Shown here: piece by piece, positions 36,837 to 49,800 of the stretch
Position numbering within the stretch: position 1 is the first letter of the stretch
Layout of the letters: the number at the start of each line of letters is the position of its first letter
NCBI GenBank assembly: GCA_040285855.1
Contig: JAUFOQ010000003.1
Span: forward strand, 1,922,001 to 1,986,000
Reading direction: 5' to 3'
DNA from: Eukaryota sp. GEM-RC1
Lineage: Eukaryota
DNA length: 64,000 nt
Translations under genes and position numbers: made by a program
Notes under the pieces: model-generated
Told to the model about the DNA's origin: nothing
The model's database searches: none
Seen by the model: only the letters and a program-made list of their open reading frames with translations

Positions 36837-37272
36837 TCAGATATTCATATATCACTTGATATAATCACTTAGTGATAGGAAGTACAGTGTAATCAATACT
36901 AGATGAATTAGCCTGATGTAGAATTGGCTTATGACTATGGCAAATAACTGGCTCTAATTCCTAGACCCCGCTCCAAGTGATGCTCCACAATGGTCTAGAT
37001 GTTGATACATGCTAACTTGTTACGAGCATCTGAACAATGCATGTAACTTCTCCTTAGGCTTCTCTTCTTGTTTCTTGGGTCAAGGATTGTCAACTTCCAT
37101 AAACAGTTCAACTGGTCTCCAGCAGATGGGTGTAACTCTATGTGTTTTTTAAAAACACGTATTATGTACAATACTTATTTAGGAGTGCTAACGAAATAGC
37201 GAGTTTCACTCCAACTCGACTAGTGATGGGCAAAGGTCGGACCTTCAGACTTACAGACCAAGTCTGTTTCAA

Positions 37273-37420
37273 CAGACTACAGACCAGACCTTCAAAATAA
37301 TGGTCGGACTACAGACCAGACCTTTATGAACAACAGCGGACTACAGACCAGACCTTTATGAACAACAACAGACTACAGACCAGACCTTCAAAATAATGGT
37401 CGGACTACAGACCAGACCTT
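37273..37420 (+). repeat. Left subterminal array of the hAT, 32-bp period, core GACTACAGACCAGACCTT
   Basis: Five core copies read directly. Confidence 0.9.
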
Positions 37421-37999
37421 TAAGAAAACACCAATGTGTCAGATTAGTTCCTCGTGAGACAACTTTTTTCTTCTCCTTTCTTTCCACAGAAGTCTCTTTA
37501 TACAACTCTATGTATGCAACTCTATATACAACATTTCTTTACATTGCATCTACAATAGCTCTTCAACTCTTTGCATTGACAACAGTGTGGTCTTCTGTCA
37601 TGGCCAATCATAACACATATTTCGCATCTAATAGTTAACACTCCCAACATTCTGTTGCTTTTGACCCCTAATCGGCTCTATTCATCACTTGAGCTCCATC
37701 CTATCCTGGTCTTGTTCTGTCCATTGCACTGCACTGACAAAGAATTCAACTGTCACTGACCAACACTTCTTGCTTTATAGCCATGAAATCTCCTTTGAAT
37801 CACATGGTCTGATACTTCCGTTGTGTGGGAAATTCGCTCTGAATACTTGAAATTCTAGCGAAAGTACATATCAACATCATTCCAAGTACAAGTGGTAAGA
37901 GCTACAGTGTATACACATCTTATACATCATTTTTTATTTCAGAAACTCATCAAAACTGAAATCAGACATTAAGGTGGATGAGCACCTATTTGATCTATA

Positions 38000-39443
38000 T
38001 TACAACTCAAAGCCTGCTTTAGTCCAGGACTTTAAGCACAAAAGTACTTGAGTGTTCACAGGTGTGAGGCGATTTCTTCTTGCTCTCAGAACTTCTCCAG
38101 CTTCTGAGAACAGTCTTTCGCAAGGTACGGATGTAGCCTGGATGGACAAGAAATCCCGTGCTGCGAGAGCCAATGATGGGAAACGATGAGAGTTCCCGGA
38201 CCAGAATTGCAGTGGATCCATTGTCCATGGTAATGTAGGTTCATTGAGATAAGTGTCCAACTCAGAGCCTGTTGCACCTTGTCTCCGAATCTGAGCTCGT
38301 TCGACATATGAAAGATTTGGATTATTCTGAATTTCCAATTTCTGGGAGTCTAGAAGAGTATCAACAAATAACTTTAACTTCAAGTAAGTAATCACCATCA
38401 AATAATCAGAATTCCATCTTGTTTTAACGTTTTGAGGAATGATTCTCGCATCTTGATGTGCATCTTCTTGAATTTTAAAAACTTTTCGGTAAATGATGTT
38501 GAACCATGTAATTCGTCTGTAAAATTTTTAATTTTGATAAAACAATTTTCAAAGTGGACAATAGACGCCTTGTAAATCAAGTTCAAGACGTGGGCAACAC
38601 ATCTGCGATGAAACACTTCGAAACGACTCAAAGCATTAATCATATTTGATGCATTGTCTGACGTCACTGAGAGAACAGGCAACAAAAGGTCTGCAACAAC
38701 CTCATCTAGTGTTACACTTTTAACTGATAGGCAGTACGAGTCACAAGTGCTGGTGATGGCTTCAGCAATTGCTTCTCCTGTGTGAGGACTCTTGACTTCG
38801 ACAATGTCTGCCAAAATTGACTTCGGCTGAAAACAGGAATTAATGAAGTGTAACGTAACTCCTAAAAACGACCGGTGGTTCTTAGAAGTCCACAAATCGA
38901 CTGTTAGAGAAACAGTTGTGGCTTCAGTGCTAAGTGTAGGGCCTATCTTTTCCCGGAGTTTACTATAACAAGATAATAGTTGTCGCTGACAAGTTCTTCG
39001 ACTCATATTGATTTCAGCGCTGCAGAGAAACTTAAGTAGACGTCTAAAGGAGGGACTCTCAACTTGAGAGAAGGGAAGGGCTTCGCTAACAATGTAGTTT
39101 AAGATAAGCTTCTTAGCTACAACCAGCTGGGCCTCGGACATAACCCCACTATTCATTGGAGGAACTGAAAGCTGAGGTTGACGTTGACGTCTGAGCAATT
39201 TAGCCTCCCATCCTTCGTGTTTCGAATTGAGGTGAGTTTTTAGGGAGTCTTGGGATCTGTTGATGGCTACTGACTCCCTACAGAGGAGACATTTTTAACA
39301 CCGTTTTCAACCGAGAATAATTGGTGACCCAGCCATTTCTGTCTTGAAGAAAGAGGAGTGAGAATGAGTGAGTCCTCATCAACCGGTATAGGACTATTAA
39401 CTCGGGGACTTTTTAGAGGCGGATTTAGAGTAGGATTTGTCAT
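38000..39443 (-). CDS. hAT transposase with BED finger; two indels and an apparently shortened insertion domain
   Basis: Joining frames gives CLLC...LKTHLNSKH (BED), LTVDLWTS, VTSDNASNM, RCVAHVLNL, TRWNS and DPLQFW...FPSLALAARDFLSIQATSVPCERLFS. Confidence 0.9.
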
Positions 39444-39619
39444 GAAGATAATGATGGTTAATGTCAAGTGTGAAAAACAGGTTGTGTTAATTTATGGCAA
39501 AACCAGGTACACATATACTCTAATTGAATATCTTCTATGTTTTATTGAGTTTTCAGAAACTAAAAATGGAAGTACTGAAGTGGAAATGATGAATTTGTAA
39601 AACTAAGACAAACTTGAAC

Positions 39620-39920
39620 GAACTACGGACCAGACCACAGTCGAAATGAATGGACTACGGACCAGACCAGAGAAGAGATCAATGAACTACGGACCAGACC
39701 ACAGTCGAAATGAATGGACTACGGACCAGACCACAGTCGAAATGAATGGACTACGGACCAGACCAGAGAAGAGATCAATGGACTACGGACCAGACCACAG
39801 TCGAAATGAATGGACTACGGACCAGACCAGAGAAGAGATCAATGGACTACGGACCAGACCACAGTCGAAATGAATGGACTACGGACCAGACCAGAGAAGA
39901 GCTCAGTGGACTACGGACCA
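39620..39920 (+). repeat. Right subterminal array of the hAT: nine 32-bp units plus a partial, core G(G/A)ACTACGGACCAGACCA with two alternative 14-nt linkers (order ABAABABAB)
   Basis: Read directly. Confidence 0.92.
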
Positions 39921-40424
39921 AATTTTAGAGGTCTGTAGTCTGGTCGGTTGGTCTGGTCTTTTGCCCATCACTAAACTCGACCTACTGATAAAATTCTCAA
40001 GTATGTAGTGCGTAAAAAATCATTCAGAATAGAGAAGGAGAATGTGTATTCTCCCAAACAATGTGTTTGAGAGAATGGACTTTTGTGGGCTTAAATTAGA
40101 TGGCAAATGAAAAGGGGTGTCCATCAATTTGACTACTAGTACTAACATTGATGATGAAATTCATGATCTGTGAAATGATCTCAGTGAAGTTGAAGATCGG
40201 GAACACATTGAAACCTGTATTGATGAATAGGAAATGATTTAAAAGAAGTCTTTGTTGTTAGAGGATAGACGATTTCTGTCTTAAATGAGTTTTATGAATA
40301 CAGCTTTGCAGCAAAAGGACCAACTGGACTCCAACAAAAATAAATATTGTTTGTGGACACAATTAGTCTAACTACAAAATTTCATGTGTTTTGTTTACCA
40401 AAAGATCTTTTCTCTCATTAAATT

Positions 40425-42141
40425 ATGTCTCACTCTGAACCTCCTCTCAAGACTAGTCGTATGTTAGATGGTAGCTTTTCAGCTGAAAACGCTGTTGAGT
40501 GTCATCGCTCATGTTCTAGTATAACCTATCTACATTCTACCTCTGATATGTCGTCCACTTCATCCTCCTCCTCCCAACTTCCTTCTATGTACTTAAGGCT
40601 CCAGCAGTCATTGTTGGTTTTCATACATCTTCACATCTTGAGACGTCTCTACATTGCTTCTCTCATAGAAACTCAAGGTGATCATCTTCCTCTCTTTGAT
40701 TTGGAAACAAATTGTGTATTCATTCATTAAGAAAATTGGCCTTGTAAGTGAACGTCTCTATGAATCTGCTTTTCTTGCCGTTAAAGTGTTTTTTCGAACA
40801 AATACGGTTCATATCGTTTATAAAGACCTTCCTAAACTCTGTTCATTTGCTTCTTTCTTTGGAACAGATGTACAATCTGTTTTCTTGTACGTAAAGGGAA
40901 GCTTTAATTTCCAGGATTTTCTTAACTATTCTCGTGTTATTTCAGGATTAGATTTGAATTTAGAGAATCATGCTCACTTGGAGTTTCTCAAGAAGTCCTC
41001 CCTTTTCTTTCCACGTCTTAAACAACTGCATGTACATGTTCATCGTTCTATTTCTATGTCATTAATCGAATTGCTAAAAGTTAATGATACAGTTACAAGT
41101 GTTGTACTAGGTGGAAACTTTATTCGAGCTGAAGGTGCTAGAGCTTTGGCAGATGCATTAAAAGTCAATACTTCAGTTACAAGTATAAATCTGTGGAACA
41201 ACTCTATTGGAGATGAAGGTGCCAGAGCTGTGGCAGATGCGTTGAAAGTTAACGCTACAGTTACACATATTAGTCTGTGGATCAACTCTATTGGAGTTGC
41301 AGGTGCCAGAGCTGTGGCAGATGCGTTGAAAGTTAACACTACAGTTACAAGTGTTAATCTGAGTTGCAACTCCATTGGAGATGAAGGTGTTAGAGCTTTG
41401 GCGGATGCATTAAAAGTTAATGATACTGTTACAATTCTTGATCTGTGTGGAATTGCTATCGGTTATAAAGGTGTTGAAGCATTGGCAGATGCGTTAAAAG
41501 CGAATTCCTCAGTTTCAAGTATTAATCTGAGTCAGAATTCTGCCGGAGATTTCGGTAGCAGAGCGTTGGCAGATGCGTTAAAAGTTAATGATGTAGTTAC
41601 AAGTATTGATCTGAGTTACAACTCAGTTGGAGATGAAGGTGTTAGAGCTTTGGCAGATGCATTAAAAACTAATTCGGTAGTTACAAGTATAAATCTGTTT
41701 GAAAACTCAATTGAAGATGATGGTGCTAAAGCTTTGGCAGATGCATTAAAAGTTAATAATGCGATTACAAGTGTTGGTCTGAATTACAACTGCATTGGAG
41801 ATGAAGGTGTTAGAGCTTTAGCAGATACACTCAAATCTAATATTGTAGTCACAAGTATTAGTTTAGGTGGAAACTCTATCGGAGATGAAGGTGCTAGAGC
41901 TTTGGCAGATTTGTTAAAAGTTAATACTACAATTGCAAGTGTTAATCTGTTGGAAAACTCTATCGGAGATGAAGGTGCTAGAGCTTTGGCAGATTTGTTA
42001 AAAGTTAATACTACAATTGCAAGTGTTAATCTGTCGGAAAACTCTATTGGAGATGAAGGTGCTTTAGCATTGGCAGATGCGTTAAAAGTTAATACTACAA
42101 TTACAATAGAATTAGGGGATGAACTTGATTGTGATTTATAA
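40425..42141 (+). CDS. RNI-like/NLRC3-type leucine-rich-repeat protein (about 12 repeats of 28 aa); indel near 40710
   Basis: Repeated NSIGDEGARALADALKVNTTVTSINL with 84-bp periodicity. Confidence 0.9.
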
Positions 42142-42443
42142 GTTTTCACCAGTCTCTATTTTCATCAATACGGTAATGATTTACCTCTTATGTTCTCTAA
42201 AAGCCCGCTTCCACCTGCATTTCAATTATAATATCTTATTCTATTGTTTTGATCTTCAATATACTAGTACGAGGTACGAAATTCTATTAAATTCTTTTTT
42301 CCGAACAAAATATATGCCACAACTCCAAATAAACACAAAAACGCTTTGAAAGTACTTCAATTTTACCACCGTAGTTATATGTTGTTTGAAACGTTTCTTA
42401 AGTGACATCACAAACAACATTTATTATAGCATAATCACAACTT

Positions 42444-44358
42444 CTATTCAACGAAAAACTCTACAAATTGATGGATTGCAGCAGTAATAAATCTACAATC
42501 TGTAAGAAATGCAATATGAGCACTTCTACCACTTAAAAGATCTAATTTTGAGAAATTCGAAGTCAAAAACTCGGGATTAAACCTCACCGAATACCTCGAA
42601 AAATTAACAACATTTGAATTGTGGAAAATTTGTTCAATCAATTGTCGACAGATTCTATTTGAAATTTCCTGAGCGTGTCCCAGACCTTTCACACTATCTT
42701 CAGTTAACAACAACGAACTACTTAGTGGAATATAACCATCTTGACTAGACCCAAATAACAGCAAATTTTTAAATTTTCCCAATCCAACCCCATTTAATGA
42801 AGAAGAGAGTTTAGAAATAAAACAAGAAGAAATCTCCTGGCTATTCTGTAAAGGATTCGACTCAAAACAGTTAAACGTTGATGATTGCACAGTAAGATCA
42901 GAAACAGATCGCTGCCGCCCTACCTTTGAAACTAAATACACACCACTTTTAACTAGGAATGACTCTAGACACTGGAGTCCAAGATGAGGTCCTGAAAGGG
43001 GAGATAAAGGTAGCATATCTGTGGGAAAATGATGCTAATTTGGGGTTAGTTAGGGCAGATCGAATGAGAAGGGATCCGAGAGAGTGAGAAATGAAGGAAA
43101 ACACGGTGTTTTTAGGGGATTGTCGAAAATGTGGGACCAATTCATCAGCAACAAGATCTGAAAGGAAACTTAAATTTTGAGAAAAATCCGTCACAGACTT
43201 GAGGAGAACAACATTAACGTGTGGGAGAAACACGTTTAACAATGATTTCCAAAAGAACATGTCACTTGAACTGCCCCCTAATCCGTATAACAGAAATATT
43301 TGATGTCGAGTTTTGACACGTGATTGATTGGTTGATGAGCTGGCAGGGCGACGAAGAAGAGTTTTGGCGTGGAATATCAGAGGGTGTAACGAAGGACTGA
43401 AGATGTGGCTGTTGAGGGGAAGTACAGTTTCCTTAACAATATATCTAAAATTCTGGAAAGTGGCTCTATCATCTAGGGTATTCGAAAAAAAGTCAAGAAA
43501 TTCATGTTTTTTCAAATATTTGTTATCTTGGGGACATAAATAACACGGTAACAGCGATTTCATACACTGTGATCTAAACAGTCTACTTGAAGTGGACAAA
43601 TAAGTCTCAACTAATCCTGAAGAACTGAGGAGAAATTTTTCAATTTTGTCAAAAACTTTAAAACAATTGACAATTCGTTTTTGAGCCAAAATGAAATCCC
43701 CAGGTGCAGATTTTTTAAGATCTTCAATAAATTTAAAATGATGTTCATCAGACTGCTGATCAGGGGAATTCAAATGTATGGTCAAAGAGTAGGAACAGAC
43801 AAAATTGGTTGGATCCAAAAATACAACAGGAGCTTGGAAATGACACGTTTGCGGACTCAAATATTTAAAAAGAGAGTCAATAGAGAGAATCAATTCAGTT
43901 GTAGCAACTATGTTGAAATCGGAGAGCGAAACTTGACGAGCAGCGTCATGGGTAGAAGGAGAAAAGAGTAAGAAGAAAGTCAGTTTGAGGGGTTGGTTTT
44001 GGGGGAGGGTAAGAAAGAGCTGATCCAAAACAACTTCAGAAATTCCTTTATGATGGATTTCAATGGACCTTGAGACGAAAAACTGGTCAAGATTATTGCA
44101 AACAGTAGCATCTGTGATTTTGTCAATGTTTTGTTGAGAAAATGGAAGATTATTCATGAAAAAGGAAGATGCATTCAAAAGACCTGATTGGCTTGTGGGA
44201 GTGGACAGACGAGGCTGAGATGGACGAAAGGAAGATGTAGAGTGAGAATAGGAAACAAAAGAAGGAAGCAAAACTCCTAGATTATAGCATCCCTGTTGAC
44301 ATAGATGGATGTTTTTGAAGTTAGTTATGTTGATAATGACTTTAACAGGTGAAGCCAT
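42444..44358 (-). CDS. FAM135-like protein with a DUF676 alpha/beta-hydrolase domain; +1 indel near 43000
   Basis: N-terminal FKNIHLCQQGCY; LLYGLGGSSSDM, FSFISHSLGSLLIRSAL, (F)ISLSGPHLG, SSQDGYIP and GRSAHIAFL. Confidence 0.82.
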
Positions 44359-44406
44359 TTTTGGGTAGTAGTAAAGCTCTTTGTTTTGTTTCTTCTAGTT
44401 TCCAAA

Positions 44407-46194
44407 ATGCAATCTCTCCTCAATGCCATTGACTCAGGTTCTGTTGATGACTCGAAGACTCTTGATAATCTCTTGTCACAGATAGATTCTGCCTCATATG
44501 ACAATGTCCGTACCAAATTGATTGATCTGTCAGCTCAACTCAAGGACCAGACAGGGAATGTCTTGAACAAAGATTACCCAACACTCCTGAAACTTCTAGA
44601 ACATCTGTCTACACTGCTACCTACTCTTCATTCCACCCAATCTACCCTCCAAGAAACTTCGGATAAACTTGATTCAGCTGTTGCTATCACTTCTGACCTT
44701 CTGACAAGCGCTGAAGCTAAACATTTGGAACTCCAAGTTCTCACACCTCCTTCGAAAGATCATGGTATTGTTTTTTACAAGAAATTTTTCAATCCTTCTT
44801 CTTCTATATCATCACTGTCAGATCCCACGTTCTCTACAGAAGTTATCCCTATATTTCATTGTAAATTGACCTCGTATGACCAGAAATCCTTGCAGGCTTT
44901 GTTCCTTCTTGCTTTTCGCTCTGGGGATCAGAAACTGATACAACAGTTTCAACGTTTGTTTGAAAATCACGTTTTTAAGTCGTTTTTTGTTCAAAAAAGC
45001 CATAATTCCACTGAATTTGTTCAGGCGGTTAAAGAAGTTATTTCAGATCAAGTAATATTTAAATTTTTGACTGATAGAGCCCCGTCGTATTTTTTCCTAA
45101 TTATTGAACAAATTTTGAAGGATTTTGTTGACCGGCTTTACTCACAGTTATTCAAAATTTTAGCAATGAATTCATTTATAGAATTTCACTCGCAAACCAA
45201 TATTATTTTTGAAAATTTGAAATATTTTGGTATTCCTTCCCCTCATTTACCTTCTCTCAAGACTTCGATTGTTGAACATCTCATTTCGAAAGTCTTTTCC
45301 ACATTTGACTCAGAATCTTTAAGCTATGTGTTAACAATGTCCTTTTCATTTGATTTTTCCTTTGATCTGTCTGATGACGAGTCTTTATTCAAAACTTGTT
45401 TTGGTCAAAACTTGTTTCAACATTTGAATAAGTTATCAATGTTTTATGAGTCTCTGTATTTTAATAGTTTAACTAGTGAGAAAGTTCAATTTCTACGGAA
45501 AGATCTGAATCTACATTTTCAAAATATCTCGCAAAAATTCAATAAGGCTAGTTCAATGTCGACTAACACACACAATTTTATAGAAGTCTTCATATCTTTA
45601 ATGGACGATCTTTTCAAAATACCAAATCAGTTTCCTAATTCATGTATTCAAACTTTTGTTTCTGAATTTTTGATCTCTTTGCAATCAACGACAACAAATA
45701 GAATCTCAGATCATCTTGCCAAGAACCTTTTGGAACGACTGAGATCTCTGAAAGTTGTATTTGCTTCTGCTAGAGTTCAGGCTCGTCCTTTTTCAGGAGA
45801 CCCATCTCAATTTATTTTAAATTTTGTATCAGATTTGGAAAAGTTCAATGATAATATCAACTCACTGCTTGAAAGCTTCAGTCATGAGTTAATCTGCCAT
45901 TTGAAATCCTGCACAATTCAGCATGTTTTACAACGTTTTTATACTGAACTTCAAACAGGATTAACTAAAGCAAGGGACACAGAAGCCTCTCTTAGAAATA
46001 TCCTCAAAGACAAGAGTTCTGGATCTCCAAAGTTCCATTCAGCGTTACAAAAACTTGATCAAATTCTGGCAGCTGATGTTCAGTTCTTCCTCAAGAAGGT
46101 TAACGATATACAGCTGTTTGATTATTGTGAGAACCCTTCCGAATTGACATTGATAGCAAGTAGCTTTACGCATTTATTACAAGAATACTCATAG
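44407..46194 (+). CDS. COG2: COG2-like tethering complex subunit
   Basis: N-terminal coiled coil with LNKDYPTL; C-terminal PSQFI...ARDTEASLRNI...KLDQILAADVQFF, resembling the COG2 C-terminal domain. Confidence 0.6.
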   Translation: MQSLLNAIDSGSVDDSKTLDNLLSQIDSASYDNVRTKLIDLSAQLKDQTGNVLNKDYPTLLKLLEHLSTLLPTLHSTQSTLQETSDKLDSAVAITSDLLTSAEAKHLELQVLTPPSKDHGIVFYKKFFNPSSSISSLSDPTFSTEVIPIFHCKLTSYDQKSLQALFLLAFRSGDQKLIQQFQRLFENHVFKSFFVQKSHNSTEFVQAVKEVISDQVIFKFLTDRAPSYFFLIIEQILKDFVDRLYSQLFKILAMNSFIEFHSQTNIIFENLKYFGIPSPHLPSLKTSIVEHLISKVFSTFDSESLSYVLTMSFSFDFSFDLSDDESLFKTCFGQNLFQHLNKLSMFYESLYFNSLTSEKVQFLRKDLNLHFQNISQKFNKASSMSTNTHNFIEVFISLMDDLFKIPNQFPNSCIQTFVSEFLISLQSTTTNRISDHLAKNLLERLRSLKVVFASARVQARPFSGDPSQFILNFVSDLEKFNDNINSLLESFSHELICHLKSCTIQHVLQRFYTELQTGLTKARDTEASLRNILKDKSSGSPKFHSALQKLDQILAADVQFFLKKVNDIQLFDYCENPSELTLIASSFTHLLQEYS

Positions 46195-46894
46195 ATCTAT
46201 TGTGTGCTTTTGTATTTGTAGACTTCTAGTAGTGGTATTTAGTTGTGTTGATTTCCTATCTGAGTAACAGATAAAGATATATCTTGTTCCAACAGTCATG
46301 TTTGGTCATAAAATACTTTTACAATCAACCCTATGTGATACCGGAAAAGTTAAGGACTGTGTGAATTCTGACCGATTTCTGATTGGTCAAAATCCATCTC
46401 AACTGCATTGATTAGGGTCAACAGTCCATCAAGTCATTGGATTACCTTGACCTGACCTTTTATCAACCCTAGTATTTAATGTACGAAGTTAGCGGTTTTG
46501 TTGCATGCTCAAAATTTTGAACAATACTGGAATCTGGTGGTGAACTAGGACACAATACACATACATGTACTCATAGATGTCTATACAGATGTTTTAAAAT
46601 GTCATGGATTTTGATGTTGAAGTGGTAGATTTTGGGGAAAGGATGGATTAGAGCGAAAACATTAAAACAGGTGTGGATCTTTGCGAAGGACGGCAATTGA
46701 ATTAGACTTCTTCTTTGATGCCCAGGCTGTGAAAAGTACTTTCAAACATTGAAACCATGCATTGAGACATTGTTAATTGCCAATCATTGACATTGGTTTA
46801 CAATCATTTCAATTTTTCCAGTTGAGGCAATGGTTCCCAAGATTTTTAGAATTAGGACTTACTGTCTAACACCTCAACATAAACCGAAACTTCT

Positions 46895-49800
46895 ATGGAT
46901 CGAGACATCATTCTCCTCCTGTTCCTGTTAGTTTCAACTGCTGTCGTAGATGGACATGATCGTCAGGATCTCAGCTCCTTTCAACTTAAAAACCGTTCCT
47001 TCTTTTTCGATCCCTTCCTAAATTTGGACAAGTGGACTGTTGTGTCAAATGATAAGTATCAAGGTCAGTGGAGCGTTGAAGTCGTGAAACCACCAACAGG
47101 CATTCCTTTCGATGAAGGTCTTGTTATGAAAACCCCTGCTTCTTATCATGCTATTTTCACGAGACTCAAACAGACTATAGTTTTAAAGCAACACTCCTTG
47201 GTTCTTCAGTATGAAGTTCGCTATCAGAATCATCCAGTCTCTTGTGCTGGAACTTACATGAAACTTCTAAGAACTACTCCAACTGCTTCTGATTTCTCTG
47301 GTGATACTCCTTACGTTATCATGTTTGGCCCCGATGTCTGTGGTTCCTCCAAAGTCCACTTCATCTTCACATCTTTAAACCCAATCACTAACAAGTATGA
47401 ACAACATCATTTGGTTAATCCTCCTTCTGTTCAGAATGATGGTTTTACCCATCTCTACACCCTCATCCTTGATCCCAAAACCAATGACTTCCAAATCAAG
47501 ATAGATGATAAGATCGTGTCTTCTGGAAGCCTTTTGACTTCTTTTGAACCCCCGTTAACCCTCCAAAGCAGATTCCTGACCCTAAAGTTCAAAAACCTAA
47601 TGACTGGGATGACCGTCTACTTATTCCTGATCCTTCAGTCCGAAAGCCTTTGTATTGGGATCAGCCAGAGTTCATTCCTGATCCAGATGCTGTTAAACCT
47701 GACGATTGGAATGAAGATGCTGATGGTGAATGGGAACCTGCAGTTGTTGCTAATCCCGAGTTCTATGGTGAATGGATTCCTCCAATGGTTTTGAATCCTG
47801 ATTATAACGGAAAGTTTGAAGCTCCAATTATTAACAATCCTAATTACTTTCAACTATCTCAACCATTAAAGAAGATGAAAGTTGAAGCTATTGGTATGGA
47901 AGTTTGGACTTTGGATCAGGATATTCTCATTGACAATGTTCTTTTAACTCACGATGAGACTGTAGCAATGAGTCTAGCCAAAGAAACCTTTCATGTAAAG
48001 CAGGCAAATGAAGTGGAGGAAACAAGTGTTGATGCATTTTCTGTTGATCATGAACTAAAGGCAGTGGTAAAAGAGACGTTCTTACTCATTATTAGAGTGT
48101 TTTCAAATTCTTGTCAGGCAATTGATGACGTGCTTCCAGTCGGCAGTGTCTGTTCTCTTGTTGTTTTAACCATTCTTTTTGTTGTTGTTTTCCAACCTTT
48201 TAGCCGTGATTACAAACAAGTTGTTTACCCTGACCTTAAAGTAAATGAAGGTTCTAAGAAGATTGGTAATGATGACAAATCTGTTGTTGATCAGATTGAC
48301 GAGGTACAACCTGGGGAGAATCTTGGTGAAGCTAATGGTATGAAACCGAATGTCCATGATGAGTTAGTTGATGAAGTTCTTGAAAGCGCAGAAGTTAAAC
48401 ACCAGTCAGTTCTTAAAACAACTGTGGTGAGAAAACCAGCTGATGTGTTGGAATCCGTGAGTATGGATCTAGAAGAACAACCGTTAGATCAACAAGCTGC
48501 TCCTCCAGTTCAATTTGTCGGCGTTAATGTTGCTGATCTAATGAAGAAGATTAAGGGGGTGAAAACAGTTCCTGAAAAATTGGAAGTTCTTGAATCTGAA
48601 CTTTTCTCAGGTATGAACGTCAATTTGACAGTAAAAGAAATTGAAACTATTACCGCCACTTTCTCCAATGCAAGTGATCGTTTAACAGCCGTTGAGCTAT
48701 TGTCTCGTCATGTTCAATCATTTGATGTTCCTACTGTTACTTCTCTCGTTTCCAAAATGTCCGATGTTGATGGGAAAATGAAGATGCTGGAAGCTTGTTT
48801 ACCTAAGCTTGCTTATGCTCTACCTTGGGATTGTGAACCAATTTATAAGTACATTCCTGGAGATAAGAGAGGACTCGCAAGGGAACTCATTGCTTCTGTT
48901 CAAACTACCTTTTCAGTTGAGTTTTCAGTTCCTACCAATGATATGTTAATCAAAGCTTCCGCAGTTACAGTACCAGACATAGAAAGAATGAATATTCTAC
49001 GTTCTTGGTTGGCTTCAGTTTCTAATCCAGTCTTTAGTCCTGATGAATTAACCAAGCTTGTCCAGGAATTCACATCGTTTCAACAGCGCCTCCAAGTATT
49101 AGAGGAGATGTTAAATCTAACGGAAACACTCAGTGTTAAGCAAACTGTAGCTTTACTGACTGACTTTCCTTTTCCGTCTATCAAATTGGATGCAATACGT
49201 GTAGTAGCTCACAAAATGGAGTATCAATCTGATTCTGATTTGGAGCCACTTCTCAGTCTCTTTTCTTCTGCTAAATTCAAACAGTCTGTTCGATCAGTAT
49301 TTGAGTTCACAAGTATGGAACTAGAGCAAGTACCTGTGGAAGAAAACCTCAAGTATGGTTCAACTTCTGAAATGGGCCAGACTCAAGTATACCAGCAATC
49401 TATTTCACAAGAACAACATGAAGATGTTCCACAAACTGTATCACTACCCGAAGTAAATAATTTTAATTTTGCTGAATTCAAGAAAATGATTGGAGCTGCC
49501 AAATCAGTTGATCAAAAGTTAGAAGTCATTGAGTCTGAACTTTCTTCAGCTTTTGACGTTACATTGACATTAAAAGAAGTCCAAAACATTGCCATGACTT
49601 TCTCTAAAGATGTAGATCGTGTAAGGGCTATAGAACTGTTATCTCGTCATTTTGAATCATTTACCGTTTCGGATGTGATTTCACTCCTTGCCAAACTTTC
49701 CGAAATTGATGCAAAACTGAAAGTGATTGAAGATTGTTCCCATAAATTGGTATTTGCCCTTCCCTGGGATTGTGAACCAATATACAAGGTTCTTCCTTGG

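Larger units (their letters stand above)
37221..39973 (-). mobile_element. hAT-superfamily DNA transposon (2753 bp)
   Basis: 14-bp perfect TIR TAGTGATGGGCAAA, perfect 8-bp TSD AACTCGAC (37213-37220 and 39974-39981), subterminal repeat arrays and an internal transposase. Confidence 0.95.

Noticed and set aside
39620..39920. CRISPR-like repeat-spacer array
   Set aside because: Only two recurring 14-nt linkers, eukaryotic context, no cas genes, and it lies inside a hAT element as a subterminal array.
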